A stretch of DNA of 64,000 nt from Escherichia coli (GTDB lineage: Bacteria; Pseudomonadota; Gammaproteobacteria; Enterobacterales; Enterobacteriaceae). The translations under genes were made by a program, and so were the position numbers. This document shows, in pieces, positions 1 to 15,610 of the stretch. Location: assembly GCF_002854065.1 (NCBI RefSeq), contig NZ_CP024147.1. One strand, written 5' to 3'. Under the pieces are notes generated by a model, which was given only the letters and a program-made list of their open reading frames with translations, ran no database searches and was not told the DNA's origin. The stretch's first letter is position 1. Every line of letters begins with the position of its first letter.

Positions 1-312
1 AAGCCATGGGTGATTAAAGAGGCCGGATTGTAATAATTGTACACTCCGGAGTCAATTCTCTTTCCTTATTTACCGCGCTTTTCCGCACCTTTTCGCAGGG
101 AAAACGTACGGCCTCACACCAGTGAAAACCAGCATGGCGCGCCGGGTGGAGGATTATACGGGCTGATGGGTAAAGCGCAAGGATCGTCCTGGATCTTTAT
201 TAGATCGATTAAGCCAATTTTTGTCTATGGTCATTAAATTTTCCAATATGCGGCGTAAATCGTGCCCGCCTCGCGGCAGGATCGTTTACACTTAGCGAGT
301 TCTGGATCATCC

Positions 313-321
313 TGTGGATAA
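313..321 (-). promoter_or_regulatory. DnaA box (TGTGGATAA, reverse complement of TTATCCACA) in the dnaA promoter region, with GATC sites nearby
   Basis: Exact 9-mer match to the DnaA box consensus about 210 bp upstream of the dnaA start; GATC cluster at 385-410. Confidence 0.6.
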
Positions 322-530
322 ATCGGGAAAATCTGTGAGAAACAGAAGATCTCTTGCGCAGTTTAGGCTATGATCCGCGGTCCCGATCGTTTTGCAGGAT
401 CTTGATCGGGCATATAACCGCAGACAGCGGTTCGTGCGTCACCCTCAAGCAGGGTCTTTTCGACGTACGTCAACAATCATGAATGTTTCAGCCTTAGTCA
501 TTATCGACTTTTGTTCGAGTGGAGTCCGCC

Positions 531-1934
531 GTGTCACTTTCGCTTTGGCAGCAGTGTCTTGCCCGATTGCAGGATGAGTTACCAGCCACAGAATTCAGTA
601 TGTGGATACGCCCATTGCAGGCGGAACTGAGCGATAACACGCTGGCCCTGTACGCGCCAAACCGTTTTGTCCTCGATTGGGTACGGGACAAGTACCTTAA
701 TAATATCAATGGACTGCTAACCAGTTTCTGCGGAGCGGATGCCCCACAGCTGCGTTTTGAAGTCGGCACCAAACCGGTGACGCAAACGCCACAAGCGGCA
801 GTGACGAGCAACGTCGCGGCCCCTGCACAGGTGGCGCAAACGCAGCCGCAACGTGCTGCGCCTTCTACGCGCTCAGGTTGGGATAACGTCCCGGCCCCGG
901 CAGAACCGACCTATCGTTCTAACGTAAACGTCAAACACACGTTTGATAACTTCGTTGAAGGTAAATCTAACCAACTGGCGCGCGCGGCGGCTCGCCAGGT
1001 GGCAGATAACCCTGGCGGTGCCTATAACCCGTTGTTCCTTTATGGCGGCACGGGTCTGGGTAAAACTCACCTGCTGCATGCGGTGGGTAACGGCATTATG
1101 GCGCGCAAGCCGAATGCCAAAGTGGTTTATATGCACTCCGAGCGCTTTGTTCAGGACATGGTTAAAGCCCTGCAAAACAACGCGATCGAAGAGTTTAAAC
1201 GCTACTACCGTTCCGTAGATGCACTGCTGATCGACGATATTCAGTTTTTTGCTAATAAAGAACGATCTCAGGAAGAGTTTTTCCACACCTTCAACGCCCT
1301 GCTGGAAGGTAATCAACAGATCATTCTCACCTCGGATCGCTATCCGAAAGAGATCAACGGCGTTGAGGATCGTTTGAAATCCCGCTTCGGCTGGGGGCTG
1401 ACTGTGGCGATCGAACCGCCAGAGTTAGAAACCCGCGTGGCGATCCTGATGAAAAAGGCCGACGAAAATGACATTCGTTTGCCAGGCGAAGTGGCGTTCT
1501 TTATCGCCAAGCGTCTACGATCTAACGTACGTGAGCTGGAAGGCGCGCTGAACCGCGTCATTGCCAACGCCAACTTTACCGGACGGGCGATCACTATCGA
1601 CTTCGTGCGTGAGGCGCTGCGCGACTTGCTGGCATTGCAGGAAAAACTGGTCACCATCGACAATATTCAGAAGACGGTGGCGGAGTACTACAAGATCAAA
1701 GTCGCGGATCTCCTTTCCAAGCGTCGATCCCGCTCGGTGGCTCGTCCGCGTCAGATGGCGATGGCGCTGGCGAAAGAGCTGACTAACCACAGTCTGCCAG
1801 AGATTGGCGATGCGTTTGGTGGTCGTGACCACACTACGGTGCTTCATGCCTGCCGGAAGATCGAGCAGCTGCGTGAAGAGAGCCACGATATCAAAGAAGA
1901 TTTTTCAAATTTAATCAGAACATTGTCATCGTAA
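531..1934 (+). CDS. dnaA: Chromosomal replication initiator DnaA (GTG start, 467 aa)
   Basis: ORF 519..1934; translation from [14 protein letters not shown] onward is recognisable as E. coli DnaA with Walker [11 protein letters not shown]; followed by dnaN-recF-gyrB. Confidence 0.95.
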
Positions 1935-1938
1935 ACCT

Positions 1939-3038
1939 ATGAAATTTACCGTAGAACGTGAGCATTTATTAAAACCGCTACAACAGGTGAGCGGTCCGTT
2001 AGGTGGTCGTCCTACGCTACCGATTCTCGGTAATCTGCTGTTACAGGTTGCTGACGGTACGTTGTCGCTGACCGGTACTGATCTCGAGATGGAAATGGTG
2101 GCACGCGTTGCGCTGGTTCAGCCACACGAGCCAGGAGCGACGACCGTTCCGGCGCGCAAATTCTTTGATATCTGCCGTGGTCTGCCTGAAGGCGCGGAAA
2201 TTGCCGTGCAGCTGGAAGGTGAGCGGATGCTGGTGCGCTCCGGGCGTAGCCGTTTTTCGCTGTCTACCCTGCCAGCGGCGGATTTCCCGAACCTCGATGA
2301 CTGGCAGAGTGAAGTCGAATTTACCCTGCCGCAGGCGACGATGAAGCGTCTGATTGAAGCGACCCAGTTTTCTATGGCGCATCAGGACGTTCGCTATTAC
2401 TTAAACGGTATGCTGTTTGAAACCGAAGGTGAAGAACTGCGCACCGTAGCGACCGACGGCCACCGTCTGGCGGTCTGTTCAATGCCAATTGGTCAATCTT
2501 TGCCAAGCCATTCGGTGATCGTGCCGCGTAAAGGCGTGATTGAACTGATGCGTATGCTCGACGGCGGCGATAATCCGCTGCGTGTGCAGATTGGCAGCAA
2601 CAATATTCGCGCCCACGTTGGCGACTTTATCTTCACCTCTAAACTGGTGGATGGTCGCTTCCCGGATTACCGCCGCGTTCTGCCGAAGAATCCGGACAAA
2701 CATCTGGAAGCAGGCTGCGATCTCCTCAAGCAGGCGTTTGCTCGCGCGGCAATTCTCTCTAACGAGAAATTCCGCGGTGTGCGCCTGTATGTCAGCGAAA
2801 ACCAGCTGAAAATCACCGCCAACAACCCGGAACAGGAAGAAGCGGAAGAGATCCTCGACGTTACCTATAGCGGTGCGGAGATGGAAATCGGCTTCAACGT
2901 CAGCTATGTGCTGGATGTTCTGAACGCACTGAAATGCGAAAACGTCCGCATGATGCTGACCGATTCGGTTTCCAGCGTGCAGATTGAAGATGCAGCCAGC
3001 CAGAGCGCGGCTTATGTTGTCATGCCAATGAGACTGTA

Positions 3039-3039
<1 letters not shown>
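1939..3039 (+). CDS. dnaN: DNA polymerase III beta sliding clamp
   Basis: 366 aa ORF starting [21 protein letters not shown]; canonical position after dnaA. Confidence 0.95.
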
Positions 3040-6555
<3,516 letters not shown>

Positions 6556-6569
6556 TGGCGTTAACCATG

Positions 6570-6672
6570 CGAGCGTGCCTGATGCGCTACGCTTATCAGG
6601 CCTACGAGACTCCTGCAATATATTGAATTTGCATGTTTTTGTAGGCCGGAGAAGGCGTTCACGCCGCATCCG
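6570..6672. repeat. REP (repetitive extragenic palindromic) elements downstream of gyrB
   Basis: Imperfect palindromic units of the GCCTGATGCGCTACGCTTATCAGGCCTAC / GCCGGATGCGGCGTGAACGCCTTCTCCGGCCTAC type. Confidence 0.55.
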
Positions 6673-6687
6673 GCAAGAAGCTATAAG

Positions 6688-6722
6688 AAAAGGGCGGAGA
6701 TCATCTTCGCCCTTTTTATTTC
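6688..6722 (+). terminator. Rho-independent terminator candidate (GC hairpin plus T-run)
   Basis: aagggcggagatcatcttcgccctt followed by TTTTTATTT. Confidence 0.5.
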
Positions 6723-6785
6723 TGCAATCCGCAATTATCATCCCGCAGTTCTATACTTTTTGGGTCAACACGTAACGCTTTACAG

Positions 6786-7193
6786 GTGATTATAATGGGG
6801 CTTTTTGATGAAGTTGTCGGCGCCTTTCTGAAAGGCGATGCGGGGAAATATCAGGCTATTTTAAGTTGGGTTGAGGAGCAGGGCGGTATTCAGGTGCTGC
6901 TGGAAAAACTGCAAAGTGGCGGCTTAGGGGCCATTCTCTCAACCTGGTTGAGTAATCAACAGAGCAATCAATCAGTTAGCGGCGAGCAACTGGAATCGGC
7001 GCTCGGCACAAATGCGGTGTCCGATCTCGGGCAAAAACTTGGCGTGGATACCAGTACAGCTTCCAGTTTACTGGCAGAACAATTGCCGAAGATTATTGAT
7101 GCACTCTCACCGCAAGGTGAAGTGCCACCACAAGCCAATAACGATCTGCTTTCCGCAGGCATGGAACTGCTGAAAGGGAAACTCTTCCGCTAA
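6786..7193 (+). CDS. yidB: DUF937-type conserved protein YidB
   Basis: 135 aa ORF in the position between gyrB and yidA. Confidence 0.75.
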   Translation: MIIMGLFDEVVGAFLKGDAGKYQAILSWVEEQGGIQVLLEKLQSGGLGAILSTWLSNQQSNQSVSGEQLESALGTNAVSDLGQKLGVDTSTASSLLAEQLPKIIDALSPQGEVPPQANNDLLSAGMELLKGKLFR

Positions 7194-7307
7194 GCAAATG
7201 GGGAGCATGCAACCCGCGTTGCATCCCCCTTTTCCCTCGGGTGTTGTACTGATTTTTGAGCGGAATCGCGTTAGCATGGGTCAGGAACCAATCTACCTGG
7301 GGAACTC

Positions 7308-8120
7308 ATGGCTATCAAACTCATTGCTATCGATATGGATGGCACCCTTCTGCTGCCCGATCACACCATTTCACCTGCCGTTAAAAATGCGATTGCCGCA
7401 GCTCGCGCCCGTGGCGTGAATGTCGTGCTAACGACGGGTCGCCCTTATGCAGGTGTTCACAATTACCTGAAAGAGCTGCATATGGAACAACCGGGTGACT
7501 ACTGCATTACTTATAACGGCGCGCTGGTACAGAAGGCCGCTGATGGTAGCACCGTGGCGCAAACTGCTCTCAGCTATGACGACTATCGTTTCCTGGAAAA
7601 ACTCTCTCGCGAAGTCGGTTCTCATTTCCACGCACTGGACCGCACCACGCTGTACACCGCCAACCGTGATATCAGCTACTACACGGTGCATGAATCCTTT
7701 GTTGCCACTATTCCGCTGGTGTTCTGCGAAGCGGAGAAAATGGACCCCTATACCCAGTTCCTGAAAGTGATGATGATTGATGAACCCGCCATCCTCGACC
7801 AGGCTATCGCGCGTATTCCGCAGGAAGTGAAAGAGAAATATACCGTGCTGAAAAGTGCGCCGTACTTCCTCGAAATTCTCGATAAACGCGTTAACAAGGG
7901 TACGGGTGTGAAATCACTGGCCGACGTGTTAGGTATTAAACCGGAAGAAATCATGGCGATTGGCGATCAGGAAAACGACATCGCAATGATTGAATATGCA
8001 GGCGTCGGTGTGGCGATGGATAACGCTATTCCTTCGGTGAAGGAAGTGGCGAACTTTGTCACCAAATCCAACCTTGAAGATGGCGTGGCGTTTGCCATTG
8101 AAAAGTATGTGCTGAATTAA
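7308..8120 (+). CDS. yidA: HAD-superfamily sugar phosphatase YidA (Cof-type)
   Basis: 270 aa; IDMDGTLL HAD motif I near the N-terminus and GDQENDIAM motif near the C-terminus. Confidence 0.85.
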   Translation: MAIKLIAIDMDGTLLLPDHTISPAVKNAIAAARARGVNVVLTTGRPYAGVHNYLKELHMEQPGDYCITYNGALVQKAADGSTVAQTALSYDDYRFLEKLSREVGSHFHALDRTTLYTANRDISYYTVHESFVATIPLVFCEAEKMDPYTQFLKVMMIDEPAILDQAIARIPQEVKEKYTVLKSAPYFLEILDKRVNKGTGVKSLADVLGIKPEEIMAIGDQENDIAMIEYAGVGVAMDNAIPSVKEVANFVTKSNLEDGVAFAIEKYVLN

Positions 8121-8126
8121 TCTATG

Positions 8127-8158
8127 GGCGGGCAAACAGCATAAACGCGTTTGCCCGC
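8127..8158. terminator. Bidirectional terminator hairpin between convergent yidA and yidX
   Basis: gcgggcaaac...gtttgcccgc perfect stem between two convergent genes. Confidence 0.5.
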
Positions 8159-8165
8159 TTACTGA

Positions 8166-8822
8166 TTATTGGTTTACTGCATATACAACCAGAAATTGCA
8201 GCGGTGCAGTAATGATGTCCAGCGTAACAGTCACTGGCAGTAATGCTGCGGAAACACCATCCGGAATGCCTCTGGGTGAATAGTATTCATAAAATCGCAC
8301 TTTAAATGGATGGTAGAACGCCATCACCTTTGAGTAATCCATGTTTTTATTTTTCTCATGGATTGTGCCTTTTAGGTTTTCCAGTGACCTGGTACAGTGT
8401 TGAACACCACAGGCAAAACCATAATGCGTTGCCAGTGCCTTTTCTTCTTCGTTATTCCAGTAGTAGTAAAGCGATATTGTGCCGGTAAATTTCTTTTTCC
8501 CCGCATTTAAAACAAATCTTGCGTCATCGGCAACCTGAATATTGTGCCGGTTAAGTGCTGGATCATTGAGCATCTTAACGATGTCATCGGCACCATCAGT
8601 GATAAGGTAATCCAGCGATTCCCCTACAAAAACATAGCCTTTTGTTCCATTACTATCTTTTGCCTGCGATAGCCCAGTGATGGTGTCTGACTGCGATTGA
8701 TACTTTCCTGAACTACCCTTTGCGGTATGGGAAACCAGAGCATACGAGATACAGCCTGAAAGCATCAGCGCCAGTGGGAATAAACTGGCAGCCTTAAAAA
8801 ATCCCTTAAAATTCAACTTCAT
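8166..8822 (-). CDS. yidX: Putative lipoprotein YidX
   Basis: 218 aa from [24 protein letters not shown] (lipobox LSGC); ORF open further upstream but this Met fits a signal peptide. Confidence 0.7.
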   Translation of the reverse strand: MKLNFKGFFKAASLFPLALMLSGCISYALVSHTAKGSSGKYQSQSDTITGLSQAKDSNGTKGYVFVGESLDYLITDGADDIVKMLNDPALNRHNIQVADDARFVLNAGKKKFTGTISLYYYWNNEEEKALATHYGFACGVQHCTRSLENLKGTIHEKNKNMDYSKVMAFYHPFKVRFYEYYSPRGIPDGVSAALLPVTVTLDIITAPLQFLVVYAVNQ

Positions 8823-9031
8823 GATTAATCCTTTAAACGAGTAGCTAAGCCGTTGAAAGCATACTCTTCTTTCCCTCCTGTTTAGCGCCTGATCTCCCTT
8901 TTCAGATTTCTGCCCGATATAAGACCTTTTCTTATGAGGTGTTTTTTTGTGGACTAATATCTGTTGCAAGGCTATGGGTTCGCCCCGGCACTGGTTTATA
9001 TCTCCGCCGTCGCGTTGATTGGCGCGCTCTC

Positions 9032-10132
9032 TTACATCCTGCTGGTGGGCGATGTGAAGCGCGTTGGATAATCTTTCAACTGTGGAATATGCGCCACACC
9101 ACTGCGCATAATCCACTTTCTTAAAGCCGGTGCGGTCAGGCATCGGCTTTTTACTATCTTGCCGAAGAGTTTTAAACGCAGTTTGCGGGTGGCGCGCCAG
9201 TAAGCGGCGTTGCTCTTCTCCGGCTGTTTCAGGAACACCGCACGCAGAATCTCTGCGCTATCCAGCGCATAGCTTATCCCCTCCAGCGAGCTGGCGCTGA
9301 TAAATCCCGCCGCTTCACCAATCAGAAAGGCGTTGTCCTTACCGCAGATAAAATCCTGCCAGCGTGAGGGAAACAGCACTGTGCATTTTTCGCTTTTCAC
9401 CGCTTTGCCAAACTGGAACTGAAAGGCGCTCATTTTCTCTTTCAGCGTCGCGAAACGCGTCTGTCCGTCTTTCATTGGATAGGCACCACCAAAGATAAAA
9501 TAACCGTCTTTGCTGATACTCCATGAATAACAGTCAGTTATCGCATTATCAAAGATGCAGGAGTAGAACGGCACCGGATGTTTCTCTGCGAACCACTGCT
9601 GGATTGCGACATATTTACGGATTTGATGATCCGGGTAGAGATGTCGCCGCACCATCGAGTTGGCACCATCGGCACCGACCAGATAGCGGGCGGTAATATG
9701 CTGCTCCCAGCCGTCTGCACGAAAAATGACATGCCATTTATCATCCTCACGCCAGATTTTTCGACACAGGCTGTCGTGATAAACCTCAACGCTGGCGGGG
9801 ATCAGCGATTTCATCCACAAGTCGAAAGCATGGCGATTAATATTGATATAGCTTCGCTGGTAGTTACGCGTGAGCGATGCGGCGACGTCGACAGTTTTGA
9901 CGCTGAAAATCTGTGGATTGGCGATCACATCGACAGGAAGCGTCAGTCCATCGCGAATAAAAGATCGCTGCGCGTCCGGTGCCAGCAGACCGCCGCAGGG
10001 TTTGCTGAAACCTTCAGTACCACACTGGTGCTTTTTATCCAGCGCGATCACCTGCATTTTGCCTGCTAACTTTCGCGCCAACGCCGACCCTGCCGGGCCG
10101 AGGCCAATAATCGCCACGTCGAAATGTTCCAT
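9032..10132 (-). CDS. cbrA: FAD-dependent oxidoreductase CbrA (YidS)
   Basis: [22 protein letters not shown]ossmann GxGxxG; position next to yidR. Confidence 0.75.
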   Translation of the reverse strand: MEHFDVAIIGLGPAGSALARKLAGKMQVIALDKKHQCGTEGFSKPCGGLLAPDAQRSFIRDGLTLPVDVIANPQIFSVKTVDVAASLTRNYQRSYININRHAFDLWMKSLIPASVEVYHDSLCRKIWREDDKWHVIFRADGWEQHITARYLVGADGANSMVRRHLYPDHQIRKYVAIQQWFAEKHPVPFYSCIFDNAITDCYSWSISKDGYFIFGGAYPMKDGQTRFATLKEKMSAFQFQFGKAVKSEKCTVLFPSRWQDFICGKDNAFLIGEAAGFISASSLEGISYALDSAEILRAVFLKQPEKSNAAYWRATRKLRLKLFGKIVKSRCLTAPALRKWIMRSGVAHIPQLKDYPTRFTSPTSRM

Positions 10133-10196
10133 CTTTTCACTCACATTCATCACGATGGCGAAAGACTATTGTCTGAAAGTGAAGTCCTTGTGAAGT

Positions 10197-11447
10197 ATGA
10201 TGGCGGGACCCGTTTTGTATCAGGACCGCGCCATGAAACAGATAACCTGTGCTCCCCGTAATCATCTGCTGACCAATACCAATACCTGGACGCCCGACAG
10301 CCAGTGGCTGGTATTTGACGTGCGTCCTTCTGGCGCGTCGTTTACCGGCGAGACCATTGAGCGTGTGAATATCCATACCGGTGAGGTCGAGGTTATCTAT
10401 CGCGCGTCACAGGGCGCACACGTCGGCGTGGTGACCGTTCATCCGAAGTCAGATAAATATGTCTTTATTCACGGCCCTGAAAATCCTGATGAAACATGGC
10501 ATTACGATTTCCATCATCGACGCGGAGTCATTGCTGAAGGCGGCAAGGTGAGCAATCTCGATGCAATGGATATTACCGCGCCGTACACCCCAGGAGCGCT
10601 GCGCGGCGGCAGCCATGTGCATGTCTTTAGCCCGAACGGTGAAAGGGTGAGCTTTACCTATAACGACCATGTAATGCATCAACTCGATCCGGCGCTGGAT
10701 TTGCGAAACGTCGGCGTGGCTGCACCGTTTGGCCCGGTCAACGTACAAAAGCAGCATCCGCGTGAATACAGCGGTAGCCACTGGTGCGTGCTGGTGAGTA
10801 AAACCACGCCCACGCCGCAGCCTGGCAGTGATGAAATCAATCGTGCTTATGAAGAAGGATGGGTAGGAAATCACGCGCTGGCGTTTATTGGCGACACACT
10901 TTCGCCAAAGGGCGAGAAAGTGCCGGAGCTGTTTATCGTTGAGTTACCGCAAGATGAAGCTGGCTGGAAAGCAGCAGGTGATGCGCCGTTAAGTGGAACG
11001 GAAACAACCCTGCCCGCGCCACCGCGTGGCGTCGTGCAGCGACGTTTAACCTTTACCCACCATCGGGCTTATCCGGGGTTAGTCAACGTCCCGCGCCACT
11101 GGGTGCGCTGTAATCCGCAGGGTACGCAAATCGCGTTTTTAATGCGTGATGATAACGGCATTGTGCAACTGTGGCTTATCTCGCCACAGGGCGGCGAGCC
11201 GCGCCAGTTAACCCATAACAAAACGGATATTCAGTCTGCATTTAACTGGCATCCATCAGGAGAATGGTTGGGCTTTGTGCTGGATAATCGAATTGCTTGT
11301 GCCCATGCGGAAAGCGGGGAGGTTGAGTATTTAACCGAAAACCACGCCAATCCACCTTCTGCGGACGCCGTGGTCTTCTCGCCGGATGGTCAGTGGCTGG
11401 CGTGGATGGAAGGCGGCCAGCTGTGGATCACCGAAACTGATCGCTAA
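10197..11447 (+). CDS. yidR: Beta-propeller (TolB/WD40-like) protein YidR
   Basis: about 416 aa ORF, synteny with cbrA and yidQ. Confidence 0.7.
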   Translation: MMAGPVLYQDRAMKQITCAPRNHLLTNTNTWTPDSQWLVFDVRPSGASFTGETIERVNIHTGEVEVIYRASQGAHVGVVTVHPKSDKYVFIHGPENPDETWHYDFHHRRGVIAEGGKVSNLDAMDITAPYTPGALRGGSHVHVFSPNGERVSFTYNDHVMHQLDPALDLRNVGVAAPFGPVNVQKQHPREYSGSHWCVLVSKTTPTPQPGSDEINRAYEEGWVGNHALAFIGDTLSPKGEKVPELFIVELPQDEAGWKAAGDAPLSGTETTLPAPPRGVVQRRLTFTHHRAYPGLVNVPRHWVRCNPQGTQIAFLMRDDNGIVQLWLISPQGGEPRQLTHNKTDIQSAFNWHPSGEWLGFVLDNRIACAHAESGEVEYLTENHANPPSADAVVFSPDGQWLAWMEGGQLWITETDR

Positions 11448-11448
11448 A

Positions 11449-11781
11449 TCAGTTATCAGGCATTCTGGCCGGTGGAATAACCGCATTGGTGGCTTGCGCG
11501 TTGGCTTCGCTTTTTTCAACGCGCGAGCGCACCGAGCTGTCTTTGCGGAACACATCCCACGGCAGTAAAAGCGTGTCCATCACAGCGGTAAACGGCATAT
11601 CGAGAATCGCCAGCGACTTAGTGCCCCAGTTGGTTTCATCGTCGCCAATCATGGTGGCGCTGGCGCGGGTGCCGGGATACGTTCCTTCTTTCCCCCCGGT
11701 ATGGGACATCACGCTGGAGCATCCTCCGAGTAATGTCATTCCGCTGCATATCATGAACGCTAACAACACATTTCTTATCAT
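11449..11781 (-). CDS. yidQ: Small lipoprotein YidQ
   Basis: 110 aa from MIRNVLLAFMICSGMTLLGGC (lipobox); adjacent to ibpA. Confidence 0.65.
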   Translation of the reverse strand: MIRNVLLAFMICSGMTLLGGCSSVMSHTGGKEGTYPGTRASATMIGDDETNWGTKSLAILDMPFTAVMDTLLLPWDVFRKDSSVRSRVEKSEANAQATNAVIPPARMPDN

Positions 11782-11955
11782 AATAAATTCATCTGTTGAT
11801 CGTGGGTGTTGGCCTGATGAGTTATAGCGATCCCTTGCTGAAAATAACATCATCATTACGTCGCTCTGTGGCGGCTATCGCACTTTAACGTTTCGTGCTG
11901 CCCCCTCAGTCTATGCAATAGACCATAAACTGCAAAAAAAAGTCCGCTGATAAGG

Positions 11956-11986
11956 CTTGAAAAGTTCATTTCCAGACCCATTTTTA
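11956..11986 (+). promoter_or_regulatory. Sigma-32 heat-shock promoter of ibpA
   Basis: CTTGAAA (-35) and CCCATTTTTA (-10) with typical spacing about 100 bp upstream of ibpA. Confidence 0.65.
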
Positions 11987-12086
11987 CATCGTAGCCGATG
12001 AGGACGCGCCTGATGGGTGTTCTGGCTACCTGACCTGTCCATTGTGGAAGGTCTTACATTCTCGCTGATTTCAGGAGCTATTGATT

Positions 12087-12500
12087 ATGCGTAACTTTGA
12101 TTTATCCCCGCTTTACCGTTCTGCTATTGGATTTGACCGTTTGTTTAACCACTTAGAAAACAACCAGAGCCAGAGTAATGGCGGCTACCCTCCGTATAAC
12201 GTTGAACTGGTAGACGAAAACCATTACCGCATTGCTATCGCTGTGGCTGGTTTTGCTGAGAGCGAACTGGAAATTACCGCCCAGGATAATCTGCTGGTGG
12301 TGAAAGGTGCTCACGCCGACGAACAAAAAGAGCGCACCTATCTGTACCAGGGCATCGCTGAACGCAACTTTGAACGCAAATTCCAGTTAGCTGAGAACAT
12401 TCATGTTCGTGGTGCTAACCTGGTAAATGGTTTGCTGTATATCGATCTCGAACGCGTGATTCCGGAAGCGAAAAAACCGCGCCGTATCGAAATCAACTAA
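12087..12500 (+). CDS. ibpA: Small heat-shock protein IbpA
   Basis: 137 aa [20 protein letters not shown]...; alpha-crystallin domain. Confidence 0.95.
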
Positions 12501-12611
12501 TTCCCTAAGGCCGCCTTGCGCGGCCTGACATCTCCATGCTCGCCGTTAGGGAGCATATGCGAATCTTCGGATTTGCAGGTACTTACTCGCTTCTTAGAAG
12601 GAGAAATGACT

Positions 12612-13040
12612 ATGCGTAACTTCGATTTATCCCCACTGATGCGTCAATGGATCGGTTTTGACAAACTGGCCAACGCACTGCAAAACGCCGGTGAAAGCCA
12701 GAGCTTCCCGCCGTATAACATTGAGAAAAGCGACGATAACCACTACCGCATTACCCTTGCGCTGGCGGGTTTCCGTCAGGAAGATTTAGAGATTCAACTG
12801 GAAGGTACGCGCCTGAGCGTAAAAGGCACGCCGGAGCAGCCAAAAGAAGAGAAAAAATGGCTGCATCAAGGGCTTATGAATCAGCCATTTAGCCTGAGCT
12901 TTACGCTGGCTGAAAATATGGAAGTCTCTGGCGCAACCTTCGTAAACGGTTTACTGCATATTGATTTAATTCGTAATGAGCCTGAACCCATCGCAGCGCA
13001 GCGTATCGCTATCAGCGAACGTCCCGCGTTAAATAGCTAA
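12612..13040 (+). CDS. ibpB: Small heat-shock protein IbpB
   Basis: 142 aa [24 protein letters not shown]...; paralog of ibpA immediately downstream. Confidence 0.95.
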
Positions 13041-13055
13041 CTAGCTATTCTCTTT

Positions 13056-13085
13056 GCCCCGCCATTCTGGTGGGGCTTTTTTTGT
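13056..13085 (+). terminator. Rho-independent terminator after ibpB
   Basis: gccccgccattctggtggggc hairpin followed by TTTTTTTGT. Confidence 0.6.
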
Positions 13086-13235
13086 CTTTCTTCTTCAACA
13101 ATGCGTTAAATTTCTACTGTTTAAGATATTTCGGCACGTTCTTTCCCGTGATAATGTGCGCTATAAGGCAAATCTGCTTCACCGATTCAGCCATAATCCG
13201 TAGCAATTAAAATGTTATCTCAAGAGAAATGGACG

Positions 13236-14897
13236 ATGAGTGATATAGCATTAACGGTCAGTATTCTGGCTTTGGTGGCAGTCGTCGGTTTGTTTATCGG
13301 CAACGTCAAATTTCGCGGCATAGGATTAGGTATTGGCGGCGTGCTGTTTGGTGGGATCATCGTCGGCCATTTTGTTTCTCAGGCGGGGATGACATTAAGT
13401 AGCGATATGCTGCATGTTATTCAGGAATTTGGCCTGATCCTGTTCGTTTATACTATCGGGATTCAGGTAGGGCCGGGCTTCTTTGCCTCATTGCGCGTCT
13501 CCGGATTACGCCTCAACCTGTTTGCTGTTCTGATCGTCATCATCGGTGGTCTGGTTACCGCCATCCTGCATAAACTGTTTGATATTCCACTGCCGGTAGT
13601 GCTGGGGATTTTCTCCGGTGCGGTTACCAATACGCCAGCGCTGGGGGCAGGGCAGCAGATCTTGCGCGACCTGGGTACACCAATGGAAATGGTCGATCAG
13701 ATGGGGATGAGTTACGCGATGGCGTATCCATTCGGCATTTGCGGGATTTTGTTCACCATGTGGATGTTGCGGGTTATTTTCCGCGTCAATGTCGAGACAG
13801 AAGCCCAGCAGCACGAGTCTTCACGCACCAATGGCGGCGCGCTGATCAGGACTATCAATATTCGCGTTGAGAACCCTAACCTGCATGATTTAGCCATTAA
13901 AGATGTACCGATTCTCAACGGCGACAAAATTATCTGCTCGCGTCTGAAACGCGAAGAAACCCTAAAAGTTCCTTCGCCAGATACCATTATCCAACTGGGC
14001 GATTTGCTGCATCTGGTGGGGCAGCCAGCGGATTTACATAATGCGCAACTGGTGATTGGTCAAGAGGTTGATACCTCGCTGTCCACGAAAGGCACTGATT
14101 TGCGCGTCGAGCGTGTGGTGGTCACCAATGAAAACGTGCTCGGAAAACGTATTCGCGACCTGCACTTTAAAGAACGCTATGACGTTGTTATCTCGCGCCT
14201 GAACCGTGCCGGGGTCGAACTGGTCGCCAGTGGCGATATCAGCCTGCAGTTCGGCGATATCCTCAATCTGGTGGGGCGTCCGTCCGCAATTGATGCCGTT
14301 GCCAATGTGCTGGGGAATGCGCAGCAAAAACTGCAACAGGTTCAGATGCTGCCAGTGTTTATTGGCATCGGGCTTGGCGTATTGTTAGGTTCTATTCCCG
14401 TCTTTGTGCCAGGATTCCCGGCCGCGTTGAAACTGGGGCTGGCGGGCGGTCCGCTGATTATGGCGTTGATCCTCGGGCGTATCGGCAGTATCGGCAAGCT
14501 GTACTGGTTTATGCCGCCAAGTGCCAATCTCGCGCTGCGGGAGCTGGGGATCGTGCTGTTCCTCTCGGTCGTTGGTCTGAAATCTGGTGGAGATTTTGTG
14601 AATACCCTGGTCAATGGCGAAGGGCTAAGCTGGATTGGTTATGGTGCCCTGATCACCGCCGTTCCGCTGATTACTGTTGGCATTCTGGCGCGGATGTTAG
14701 CCAAAATGAATTACCTGACCATGTGCGGGATGCTGGCAGGTTCCATGACCGATCCTCCGGCGCTGGCGTTTGCTAATAATCTTCATCCAACCAGCGGTGC
14801 GGCGGCGCTCTCTTACGCCACTGTCTATCCGTTAGTGATGTTCCTGCGCATTATCACCCCCCAATTACTGGCGGTGCTCTTCTGGAGTATCGGTTAA
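13236..14897 (+). CDS. yidE: Putative transporter YidE (AAE family, two TrkA-C domains)
   Basis: about 553 aa membrane protein with duplicated hydrophobic halves around a soluble middle region; position next to ibpB. Confidence 0.75.
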
Positions 14898-15610
14898 CTC
14901 TTGTCCGGGTGGAGTCGCCGTAAATGGTACTCCACCTGGTATTCGCTGGCATTTCTGAACATCACTGAATAATTCAAAAACTCCCCGCTCTCGCTATATG
15001 ACAACGAGGTGATCCGCAGCAGTGGCGTGTGTTCCGCTACCTTCATTTGCCGCGCCAGCAGTCTATCGGCGAGCACCGGCGTCAGGCTTTCATAATTACC
15101 GCCAATCAAAATCCCGCACTCTTGTTCAATATATTCAAACTTCGACCCTTCCAGATGTTGCAGCGAAAGGTTACGGAACAGTTTTACCGGCATATAGCTG
15201 TCTTCCAGCATCAGCGGTTTCCCTTCCACAAAACGAACGCGACGGGAGAAGTAGATCTGCTCGTTGATTTGAATCCGCAACTGGCTGGCAATGGCCGGAG
15301 GCGCAGGCATGATTTCAAAAATCAGCACCTGGCTGGTGACTGTTTTTCCCTGCCGTTTTAACACCTCCACCAGCCCGGTCAGGCTGGCGGTTTGATGCAG
15401 CACATCTTTGCGCACCAGGTAAGTGCCGCTGCCGTGGCGGCGGACCACCAGCCCCCACGCTACCAGCAGGTCAATCGCTTTACGGATGGTCATCCGCGAT
15501 ACCGCAAACTCTTCTGCCAGCTTTTTTTCACCGGGAAGAAGGCTGTTTAGCGTGAAATCTGCGGAATTAAGTTTAATTCTTAACCGCTCCGCAATGCTTT
15601 TGTAGATCAT
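14894..15610 (-). CDS. yidP: GntR/HutC-family transcriptional regulator YidP
   Basis: 238 aa from [17 protein letters not shown] motif [22 protein letters not shown]; divergent from the glv genes. Confidence 0.75.

Noticed and set aside
37-237. 66-aa ORF upstream of dnaA
   Set aside because: Lies in the dnaA promoter region with no RBS or recognisable product; likely non-coding
1-518. Replication origin oriC in the dnaA upstream region
   Set aside because: Only a single DnaA box and a GATC cluster typical of the dnaA promoter; no 13-mer AT-rich DUE array or clustered R boxes, and oriC in E. coli lies tens of kb from dnaA
9032-10132. C-terminal extension of cbrA as a gene fusion
   Set aside because: Could reflect a deletion junction with the missing dgo region, but I cannot recall the K-12 C-terminus reliably enough to claim a fusion
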